Shown here piece by piece: positions 56,296 to 64,000 of a DNA stretch of 64,000 nt; position 1 is the first letter of the stretch; the number at the start of each line of letters is the position of its first letter. The position numbers and the translations under genes are program-made. The DNA is from Pseudomonas phage vB_PaeM_GXNNA8: the sequence record PV400810.1, one strand, 5' to 3'. The notes below the pieces were generated by a model. That model did not search any database. It had not been told where the DNA came from and worked only from the letters and a program-made list of their open reading frames with translations.

Positions 56296-57846
56296 TTAAA
56301 CTCCCAGCAGTTCACCTACCAGCAGTTCGATCAACGCCCCATGGAGGCGTTCACGCTTGCTGTTGAGGTTGTCTTCCTCACCGAGCTTAACAAAGGTCAG
56401 TTCAATGATCTCCGCAGCCAGTTCACACCCCAACAACTTCAAGAAGTTAGGGACGAGTTTGGTTTGGAAGATGACCTCTTTCGCCCGTTGAGCCTCAATC
56501 TCCATGCTCACAGGTTCAACGCCACTGCTCTTGCGGACATCATTCTCGTAGAGGGTGTAGAGAACGTCCAGGTCACCGCTCAGGTTCTCTTCAATGAGGG
56601 TACGGACCGAAGACCCTTCTGCATCCAAATGCTCATACAACGCCGCCCGAGCTTCTTCCCGTTCATTCAGGAACTGAACAATAGCCCCAACACTGTTGTT
56701 AATGAAATGTTTACGGGCATCTTGGTTCAGTGGACGGTGAATACCCTCGAAGTAGTCAGCCGTCAAGTTTTTAACCAGGTCAGGGTTATTGATGAGGTCC
56801 AGGAAGCCATTCGGACGACCAGTGAGACGCCCATAGATCGAGGCGATCACACAGTCGTTCAAACTCCCCCCATTACCCGTTACCGTCTTGAGGACCTCAT
56901 CGCTGTAATACACGACGACATTACCACTCAATCCCTTAACGGTAACGTCCAGGGCATCAACCGGTTTAAAGTCCACCAACTTAGAGGCTTCAGCCTCGTA
57001 GATGGCCGCTTTACGGTTACGGTAGAGTTGAACCGTGTTCTTCAACGCAATGAGGTAATGGGTCATCCCATTCCACAACAGGTTGATATACGCCCGGTAA
57101 TCCTCCAGCGACCCCTTAACCAGGAACGCCGGGTCTTCCTGACTGTACATCTTCGTCAAGATCACGTAGGTCTTCAGCAGCAGGTTAAGACGTACCGATT
57201 TCACACGCGTAAAGTCAAAGGTCGCCTCACCCTTGTAGTGGAAAAGGGATTTGAGATCGGCCAGCATCGTAATCGCGTAGAACGCGTACACGATATCTTC
57301 GAGTTTGGAATCCAGGATGGCATTAATCTCTGGGTGAGACGTGGCCACATAATCCCGGATCTCCTGTTCCGTTGCGAATTCAAACTCCAACCGTTTCAGA
57401 ACATCCAGACCCACACTATCAAACGATAGTGCCTTGTTCTTGACTTCAGTGGGATAAATAGCCGAGTCAAAGAACGGATCCGAGACATTGATGTACGTGA
57501 TATTGAAATGACGCAACGACGCCCAGTTCAGATCACTTCGGCTGTACAACAGACCCACTTTCTCCTGGACGGCGTCCGCCATCGGGACGCCGTAGGACTT
57601 CACCATCTCGAACGCACCGCGGATGGTCTCAGCGGCTTTGTCACTCCCCGCCTCAATCGCTGCCGAATGCTCCGTGATCTCGGAAGTCACTTCAACCACC
57701 TTATCCCGGAAGTCCTCCTCGTACGGGAACGCCCCATAACTCAGGGTATTCAACCCCTGAAGGATCGGGGTGGATGGGACTACAGTGCCTTCAGGGAGCG
57801 CGACGGCGATGTTCTCTGCCAACGCCAGGCTGTCCTTACTGATCAT
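56296..57846 (-). CDS. hypothetical protein (516 aa)
   Basis: Minus ORF with natural composition. The overlapping plus ORF 56167..57429 is R/V/Q-rich antisense artefact. Confidence 0.5.
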   Translation of the reverse strand: MISKDSLALAENIAVALPEGTVVPSTPILQGLNTLSYGAFPYEEDFRDKVVEVTSEITEHSAAIEAGSDKAAETIRGAFEMVKSYGVPMADAVQEKVGLLYSRSDLNWASLRHFNITYINVSDPFFDSAIYPTEVKNKALSFDSVGLDVLKRLEFEFATEQEIRDYVATSHPEINAILDSKLEDIVYAFYAITMLADLKSLFHYKGEATFDFTRVKSVRLNLLLKTYVILTKMYSQEDPAFLVKGSLEDYRAYINLLWNGMTHYLIALKNTVQLYRNRKAAIYEAEASKLVDFKPVDALDVTVKGLSGNVVVYYSDEVLKTVTGNGGSLNDCVIASIYGRLTGRPNGFLDLINNPDLVKNLTADYFEGIHRPLNQDARKHFINNSVGAIVQFLNEREEARAALYEHLDAEGSSVRTLIEENLSGDLDVLYTLYENDVRKSSGVEPVSMEIEAQRAKEVIFQTKLVPNFLKLLGCELAAEIIELTFVKLGEEDNLNSKRERLHGALIELLVGELLGV

Positions 57847-58019
57847 TGGTTCGCTCCTTGTTTAACAACACGCTTCGTGAGGGCCTTGCTGATCTTCTCA
57901 GCCTGAATACTGGGATCCAGCGGCGCAATGTACTCCAGTCCTACCTTACGGATCGTCTGTTTAACGAACTCCGCGGTATTCGCCAGTGCAATGACATTGT
58001 TGATTAGTTCTGCTTTCAC
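57843..58019 (-). CDS. hypothetical small protein (58 aa, GTG start)
   Basis: Not in the ORF track. GTG at 58019 follows AGGAGAG 8 nt upstream. The TGA stop overlaps the ATG of the 516-aa gene (ATGA). Confidence 0.3.
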   Translation of the reverse strand: MKAELINNVIALANTAEFVKQTIRKVGLEYIAPLDPSIQAEKISKALTKRVVKQGANQ

Positions 58020-58050
58020 AGGGAAACTCTCCTACGGAAAAGAAGGTGAA

Positions 58051-58929
58051 TCAATACGAAATAACGTGACGATTTTCAGGCAACAGACCTTTGTAATACG
58101 TGGTGTACAATGTAGAAGAAATTTCACCCAGGGTGATCTTACCATCCTTATCTACATCGAACCCCTTGTTCTGGAGATACGCTTTACTCCCCTGAAGGAA
58201 GAGGACTTCATCCGCCTTCTTACCTACTGAGGCCGGATGGAAGATCGTCAGATAGAAATCTTCCAACTGGGTATACCGCTTACCCCGTTTCATCCACATT
58301 TCGAAGTACTTGAAGACCAGATCCAATTGAGTCAACTGATCCATGGATCGAATCACACTCAACGGAACATTCAAATCATTGGCGGCTGGACTCATGAATT
58401 GAATCAACCCGTACGCTTCAGAACCTGCCGCATTCTTAATAGATGGACTGAATGTCTGACCGGTCTCAAAAGCCATACAGGACATCAGCCAATGAGGCGC
58501 TCGGTGATTCGGTACATGAACACCGCACCAATCCTTCACTTTCGCCGTAAAGGCAGGACTGACTTTACCGCTCCACGCAATGTCGTAGGTCGGCGTGCGG
58601 TAACGCTCCTTGTACACCTCGAATGCCTTATCCAAGCCACTCAAGGTCCCATTCCCCCAAATACCATCCACAGTCAGGGAATAGAGACCCAAGAAGGCCA
58701 GATTACGCTGGAGCGCTGTAATGACGTTATAACCACTGGCATCCGAGGTGGTGGGGAGACCGATACCTCCGGTATTCTTACCCACCACCTCGGCATACCC
58801 CCGGAGCAGGGTTTCAGTGGAGGAGGAAGTTCCCTTCCCCCACACACCGTCAATCTGCCCGGTATAAAGACCCAGTTCCTTGACCAATGCTTGCAGGTCT
58901 CGGTAACCGTTCTTCGTCCGGAAGTTCAT
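58051..58929 (-). CDS. endolysin: two peptidoglycan-binding repeats plus C-terminal lytic transglycosylase (phiKZ gp144-like)
   Basis: Two PG_binding-like repeats (LQALVKELGLYTGQIDGVWGKGT and LQRNLAFLGLYSLTVDGIWGNGT). The catalytic region CMAFETGQTF...AYGLIQFMSPAANDL...DFYLTIFHPASVGK aligns to phiKZ gp144 ESAF...TGWFQFLTGTW...DLYLAHFFGPGAAR. Confidence 0.75.
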   Translation of the reverse strand: MNFRTKNGYRDLQALVKELGLYTGQIDGVWGKGTSSSTETLLRGYAEVVGKNTGGIGLPTTSDASGYNVITALQRNLAFLGLYSLTVDGIWGNGTLSGLDKAFEVYKERYRTPTYDIAWSGKVSPAFTAKVKDWCGVHVPNHRAPHWLMSCMAFETGQTFSPSIKNAAGSEAYGLIQFMSPAANDLNVPLSVIRSMDQLTQLDLVFKYFEMWMKRGKRYTQLEDFYLTIFHPASVGKKADEVLFLQGSKAYLQNKGFDVDKDGKITLGEISSTLYTTYYKGLLPENRHVISY

Positions 58930-58931
58930 CG

Positions 58932-61900
58932 TTATTTACCTCTGTAGAGTTTAATGGCTTGGCGAGTGATCTGGAAACCATACTCATTAGCAACCAGCTT
59001 GTTCCTCAAACTGAGTACCATTCGGTTAAACATCCCTTTAAAGCTCGACTTCACATCAATTACAATCCCACTGGCAGTCTTAAGCGGTCTTTCCATGATA
59101 CGACCCACAGTGGCTTTCATCTGGTTCCCAATGACATACTTATCCGCATTGGTACTCGGGTCTAACGACTCGATGTAGAACGTAATGAATGCCTTACCTG
59201 GACCTAACATGGGACGATTAAGATTGAACATCGTGGAAATGGCATTGTTCTCGACACCGGTTCCTTCCACCAACCCTTTCCGTTTCGTTTCCTTATCCTT
59301 CTGAACAATGAACGAACGGAACGAGTCAGACATCTTGTCTAAGGGAGAGTTGTACCGAACATCGATGTGTACGATCTTTCCATGATGCTTCGAACGGATC
59401 TGTTTGATACCGAGTTTGTTGATGTCTGCTTCGAGCTCAGGAAGCTCCTCGCCCTCCACCAAGTGAGGCTCTTCGATATCACATAAAATCGTGTCCTGTT
59501 CGACGTAATCTCCTACCTTAACCCGCATCACCAGGTTGTTTGACACGTCCTCGGCAAACCGACTGGGTTTAATGAATGGGGTACGTGCTTCCATGGCCAA
59601 TTCTTTCGAAATTGCAATAGAGTCCTCGTACACATCCTGGTCTTCCACCATAACGATCTGGCACATCTTACCCATCTTAACCCCGACCTGCCCTGGGCAG
59701 AAGGGGTCTCGACCGAACCAGTTTTCATCCCAGCCGATGACATCTCCCTTACGGAAGGTATCTCCGACCTTCAGATCCGTGGTACGGTTATGAGGATGGT
59801 ATTCCCCACTGGCTTCTCCAATCACCAACCCCAAGGGGTACGAGTCCGTTGTTCCATCCTTGTATTCGACGAGTAAGCGATCGTTCTCCACTTTAGTGAC
59901 CTTACCATCTTCAGCGGCTACTTTGCTGTAAAGATCGGAGGTCCGGTGGGCCAGTACGTTCTCGTAACCCGTTCTCAGGGTAACGATCTCGTAGTTCTTA
60001 GCCATCACTGCTTGAGAGGCCTGAGTCGATGTGAATACTGCTCGCTTCACATCGTCATGCGTTCCACCGTACATCAGGTTCATGGTAACCGAACCGTCAC
60101 CGGTAGGGGTACGTTTGTTCTTGGGATCAACATTGCCTCGGAAATCAGCGATACCCGGATCAGAGGTGGTGTAGGTCACATACCCCACTTTACCACTGTC
60201 CTTGTTGGCTTCACTGATGACCCCTTTGTAACTCTCCAGCTGAGTCCGTGCGCGTTTGACCATGGTGATTTCACTACGACCACCTGTTCCACCAAACGTC
60301 ACTTCCTCTTGGTCCTTCACTTGGTGAACCGGATTCACTTCTTCCACCAAGTTCGTAGACCGGTCAGTACCAATGGCAATAATAACCGCATCCGGGTTAA
60401 AGTCCAGTTTGTGTTTACGCCCTTTCCCTTTATTCCGGTATTGACGAATGGACTTTACAAATTCCGTGTAGAGATGACCTGCGAAGCGTTCATACCCTAC
60501 AATGCGCTGCTCTTCAATCTCCACCTCGTGCCGACTGTAATCCGTTTCCAATGCCTTAGCTGCATCAATCAGCAAGTAATGGAAGTCTTCAGACAGCTTC
60601 ATCTCTTTCAAAAGGTCTTTCGTAATGGGATCAATAAAGAGATCGAAGAGGTTCTTCATTTCCTGGAACTGAGATGGACGAACCCGAGGGTCTCCCATCA
60701 ACGCACTCCAGATACTGTTATTATTCAAATCACTCCGACTGAAGTTACTGATGTTGTTCAACTTCGGCATTCCACCAAAGATCAACGTGGTGAGCTTCTC
60801 CCGACGGTTAAAGATCAAGTATTCGTCATTGAACTGAATCGCGTATTCATCCTCCGTCAATTTAGGGCGAGTCCCTACGGGTACCGAACGCGTCGTGGCT
60901 TTAATCACCCGCAACAGTTCATCAATACCGAAGTAGAAGCACAGGACCACTCCCAACGGAAACGAATACCCGCTGATGTTAATCACCACGTGTTCCAAAG
61001 GCGCTTTACGAACATCAATACCGAGCAAGTCTTCAACAGTACCGAGTTCCTCTTCCCCTTTGTACAGGTTACCGTAATCATCAATGATCAAAGGTAATCC
61101 GTCCTTTACCCCAATCAAGAACCGATCAGGGCGGGTATAGGCTTTGAACTCAGGGTGGAGTTCCAGGAGATCCTTCAACCGGAAGTCCAATACCAACCCG
61201 TCGACAGTAATGTACTTGTACTGACGGGCCAGAATGCTGTAAATCCGAGGGGCTTTAAGGGAGCGATCCCAAGTACTGCCTTTAGTGACCGTATACCCTT
61301 TCCGTTTACTCTGGAGGGAGATTTGCTTCACCATGAACGTAGAGAGGTTATCCACCATCTTCGGACTACGACTCACCATGAGCTTACGGTCATAATAGCT
61401 CGACAGCACCACTTCCCGGGGACTGATCTTCCGGAAGGGTTTCTCCCGACGTTGCAGTTGCATGTGTTGCTTAACACCATCAATGACGTAGGTGCCGTCT
61501 TTCAGCACCGTAGGCAGCCGAGTATGTACAGTGACCTGATCACCATTGACTTCGTGCAACTGAATGCTGTGGACCTCGTAACTGCCTTCTACGCTGACGA
61601 CCTTCTCACGCCGGTAGTCGTTCATCGCAAAGCCAGCGTTCTGAAGACCCAACACCATTCGACCAATATCCCGGTGTAAAAACTTCTGAGGATATTCGAT
61701 CTTGAGGGATTTGGCACGACTCCGCAACATGCTCTCATCCAGTACGGGGAGAAACTCACCTTCAATCTCTCCACCCAGGTCTTTAACCTCTTCGGGTTTA
61801 ATCTGAATGAACTCTTCGAACGTTTGACCGTTCTCCATTTCAATGTGTTGATAACGGGTCGCTTTACGCATGAAGAAATCATGTTCAGCTACCGTCAGCG

Positions 61901-63251
61901 TACCTTCCTTAGCCCGCTCCTCTAACGCCCGCTTTACACCACTCTCAGGCGTCTTAAACACATTCTTGTTGGTATTGATCTCGGTTTGGACTTTCTCCAC
62001 CTCCAGCAGTTCATCATCTACCGGCGATGTCCACTCTTCAAGATTTGAATCAGCACCTCGTTCTCCCGCTGTGTCTTGCTCTTCGTCATGTGCCTCGCCA
62101 GGTCCTTCACTTCGGCTGAAAACATCAAGGATAGAACCAGCAGGACGATCAGCACGGGGAACCGTGCCCGAGCCAGTATGGTCTCGGGTTTCTGGAAGAT
62201 TGGATGTTTCTTCTTCTTCTTCTCGTGACGTTCCCGCAGCCACTTGGTCAACGGTACCTTTCTCTCCGGCAATTGGGATGACATTTTTCGTTTCCTCTTT
62301 AATGAGTACATTCTCAGGAACGCCTCCACGAGAAAGATTCATCAAAGCCAAATAGAAACGTTTAACCGCATTATGGCGGGTCAATGTCTTCAGACTTTCA
62401 AACTCTTTCCGAGCAGAGGGGTAGGTTTTCTCGTCTTTAGGATTTGTCTCATCTAACCAACCCTTCAACAGCCCCAGTTGTACTACAATGACTTTACTTT
62501 GAGACGTAAAGAGGATATGCAAATCCTTATACGCCTGGTCAGTGAGTTTACCGAACAAACTGAACGAATACTGGCCAAACAGGAACCCCAGTAGGTCCAA
62601 CAGCCAATAGCAGTTCTCAGCCTTCGTACTCTCCAGCATATTGCGCATCAGGACAGGATGGCCGTCCTTAAACCCATCAATAAACCGCCCGTAGTCTTTC
62701 TCAAGCTCAACCAGGGACGGTAGGTTCAACGGCAGGTCAATCCGCATATACTGCCGACGCACCCCTTTCTCGGCTTCTGCATTGATGTTCTCAATGAGCA
62801 GGTGCATCATGTTGTAGTATTTTTCATAATTCACGAAAATACTCGGACGGTAAACGAACCCCTGAGGAATCATCCCGTAGTTCTTAACGACTAGGACGTT
62901 CTCTTTGTTGTACACCGTGCTGATCTCACGCACCCAGCTGTACATGTAGTGACTCGCCCGGTACGCCTTAACCGCCTTAGGGTAGTCATAGGCGACTGTA
63001 CGCCCATGCCCCATCACCGGCTTATACCCGTCCCTTACAAACTCAATAAAGACCTCTTTAGGGAAGTTACTGATAAACGCTTCACTACTACCCGGTCCCT
63101 TTTCATTAACCGTCTTCGGTACGAAGTGCAGTAAACTCCCCTTAGGAAGGATCACTTCACCAATACCCAGGACTTTAGGGTTTACAACGTCTTGTTTCTT
63201 ACGCAGCACAAAGTGCTTAAAGAACTCGGAATACGTAATTGGATTGCTCAT
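58932..63251 (-). CDS. multisubunit RNA polymerase beta-like subunit, N-terminal-to-central module (second RNAP set, likely virion RNAP)
   Basis: 1439 aa. TFGGTGGRSEITMV...SYKGVISEANKDSGKVGYV aligns to the beta fork-loop GPGGLTRE...HYGRVCPIETPEGPNIGLI. GGTHDDVKRAVFTS aligns to GTGMERAVAVDS. LKVGDTFRKGDVIG...YEDSIAISKE aligns to VKVGDVVEKGDIL...NGYNFEDSILVSE. It lacks the GDK..NGDKG region, which is present in the separate 768-aa module. Contains an acidic low-complexity insert (residues about 330-400). Confidence 0.65.
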   Translation of the reverse strand: MSNPITYSEFFKHFVLRKKQDVVNPKVLGIGEVILPKGSLLHFVPKTVNEKGPGSSEAFISNFPKEVFIEFVRDGYKPVMGHGRTVAYDYPKAVKAYRASHYMYSWVREISTVYNKENVLVVKNYGMIPQGFVYRPSIFVNYEKYYNMMHLLIENINAEAEKGVRRQYMRIDLPLNLPSLVELEKDYGRFIDGFKDGHPVLMRNMLESTKAENCYWLLDLLGFLFGQYSFSLFGKLTDQAYKDLHILFTSQSKVIVVQLGLLKGWLDETNPKDEKTYPSARKEFESLKTLTRHNAVKRFYLALMNLSRGGVPENVLIKEETKNVIPIAGEKGTVDQVAAGTSREEEEETSNLPETRDHTGSGTVPRADRPAGSILDVFSRSEGPGEAHDEEQDTAGERGADSNLEEWTSPVDDELLEVEKVQTEINTNKNVFKTPESGVKRALEERAKEGTLTVAEHDFFMRKATRYQHIEMENGQTFEEFIQIKPEEVKDLGGEIEGEFLPVLDESMLRSRAKSLKIEYPQKFLHRDIGRMVLGLQNAGFAMNDYRREKVVSVEGSYEVHSIQLHEVNGDQVTVHTRLPTVLKDGTYVIDGVKQHMQLQRREKPFRKISPREVVLSSYYDRKLMVSRSPKMVDNLSTFMVKQISLQSKRKGYTVTKGSTWDRSLKAPRIYSILARQYKYITVDGLVLDFRLKDLLELHPEFKAYTRPDRFLIGVKDGLPLIIDDYGNLYKGEEELGTVEDLLGIDVRKAPLEHVVINISGYSFPLGVVLCFYFGIDELLRVIKATTRSVPVGTRPKLTEDEYAIQFNDEYLIFNRREKLTTLIFGGMPKLNNISNFSRSDLNNNSIWSALMGDPRVRPSQFQEMKNLFDLFIDPITKDLLKEMKLSEDFHYLLIDAAKALETDYSRHEVEIEEQRIVGYERFAGHLYTEFVKSIRQYRNKGKGRKHKLDFNPDAVIIAIGTDRSTNLVEEVNPVHQVKDQEEVTFGGTGGRSEITMVKRARTQLESYKGVISEANKDSGKVGYVTYTTSDPGIADFRGNVDPKNKRTPTGDGSVTMNLMYGGTHDDVKRAVFTSTQASQAVMAKNYEIVTLRTGYENVLAHRTSDLYSKVAAEDGKVTKVENDRLLVEYKDGTTDSYPLGLVIGEASGEYHPHNRTTDLKVGDTFRKGDVIGWDENWFGRDPFCPGQVGVKMGKMCQIVMVEDQDVYEDSIAISKELAMEARTPFIKPSRFAEDVSNNLVMRVKVGDYVEQDTILCDIEEPHLVEGEELPELEADINKLGIKQIRSKHHGKIVHIDVRYNSPLDKMSDSFRSFIVQKDKETKRKGLVEGTGVENNAISTMFNLNRPMLGPGKAFITFYIESLDPSTNADKYVIGNQMKATVGRIMERPLKTASGIVIDVKSSFKGMFNRMVLSLRNKLVANEYGFQITRQAIKLYRGK

Positions 63252-63255
63252 ACCT

Positions 63256-63900
63256 CAATATCCTCTAAGCCGCTCGTCGCTGCTTTAAACATAAAGAGAA
63301 TCGGTTCATTGATCGGATCATACAAAAACCGACCTGTACCACTGATGTAATACTCCCGTTTCCCAAAGAGTTCGTAGGCCTGTTGTTTGCTGTCTTCCGC
63401 TACAACAGAATGGCTCGACAATTGGTCGCCCGCATTGGTCAGTCCATGCTAGGACCCGGCACGCTCAGGTGCCTGCCTGTCTATTAAACAGGGCCAGACT
63501 ATATCTTGACCGTAGGGAATAGGTTTATTCCCCCTTAGGTCTCCTCCACTTCCACCCCCTTCCTTGGTAGGTGTACAGGGTCATAACTCCCTTAGTCGTT
63601 GAACTTTACGCGTGGGGTCTAACACCCGGTAGCGTCTTAGCGGCTGATTGTCCCTTGTTTACGACCCTTAGCGTTATTGGTTAGCGTAGGTCAGGTCTGC
63701 TGTTCTTTCTACCTTTCGGTCGCATTCACGCTTACTGTTTCCAGTTACGTTGTAGCCAACAGACTTTTGTGAACTCCCAGCAATTCAGAGGAATACGGTC
63801 TAGGACTTTCGTGCCTAGCCGGACTAAGTGATGGATATAAACTCGTTAACGTGTGAGTTTCTTGAAACGATAACGGGAATGGAGCAACTTACCTTCTCGT
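63256..63900 (-). ncRNA. group I intron-like ribozyme (candidate self-splicing intron; boundaries approximate)
   Basis: 750 nt with no ORF of 60 aa or more on either strand. On the minus strand the R element UUCAACGACUAAGGG lies at about 63603..63590 and the S element AAGAUAUAGUC at 63506..63496, an 11/11 match to the group I P7 3' consensus. R/S pair GACUA:UAGUC in the correct order. A hairpin with loop AACC (P8-like) sits just before S, and a CCUGU...ACAGG (P9-like) hairpin just after. A GAAA-tetraloop hairpin lies upstream. Confidence 0.5.
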
Positions 63901-64000
63901 GCGCAAACGATAACGGTACGGGGATTGGCTCCGGTGATTCGGGTAACTGCATCAACGCCATACACAATCGACGTCTCCTGGGTTACCGAATCAAACATTT

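Noticed and set aside
60900-61000. LPLIIDDYGNLYKG segment in the 1439-aa RNAP beta protein, resembling a LAGLIDADG motif
   Set aside because: There is no second LAGLIDADG motif, no Hint blocks, and no HN[STC] terminal motif nearby. It is most likely a chance resemblance within a beta insertion.
1-64000. tRNA genes and CRISPR arrays
   Set aside because: No cloverleaf-compatible GTTCGAAT/T-loop motifs were seen in the intergenic regions. The only GGTTCGAACC is inside a coding region. There are no spaced direct-repeat arrays.

Overview
This 64 kb window reads as a gene-dense stretch of a phiKZ-like, nucleus-forming jumbo phage (Chimalliviridae-type). Coding runs almost entirely on the minus strand, with two short plus-strand islands (21.7-22.9 kb and 30.7-33.2 kb) and a plus-strand tail sheath/tube pair (42.2-45.3 kb).

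Recognisable content:
- Split multisubunit RNA polymerase genes: a beta-prime N-terminal piece with Zn ribbon and NADFDGD, beta C-terminal and beta-prime C-terminal modules, and a second, 1439-aa beta-like module.
- A chimallin-like shell protein placed by synteny next to the beta-prime N gene, and a PhuZ-like tubulin.
- A large terminase carrying a LAGLIDADG-type intein in its P-loop.
- Tail sheath and tube, a phiKZ gp144-like endolysin, an SF2 helicase, an SbcD/Mre11-like nuclease, thymidylate kinase, a PP-loop ATPase and an HslV-like peptidase.
- Many small hypothetical genes, each followed by a GC-rich hairpin intrinsic terminator.

Non-coding and mobile signals:
- A 750-nt ORF-free stretch at the 3' edge carries the P7 (R/S) signature of a group I intron on the minus strand.
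- A partial HNH homing endonuclease runs off the 5' edge.
- Two long ORF-free regions (29.07-29.48 kb, 30.06-30.68 kb) hold nested hairpins, an AT-rich tract and perfect palindromes.

No tRNAs or CRISPR arrays were seen. The six-frame track translates TTG/GTG starts as M, so several listed N-termini are re-called below at downstream ATG codons.
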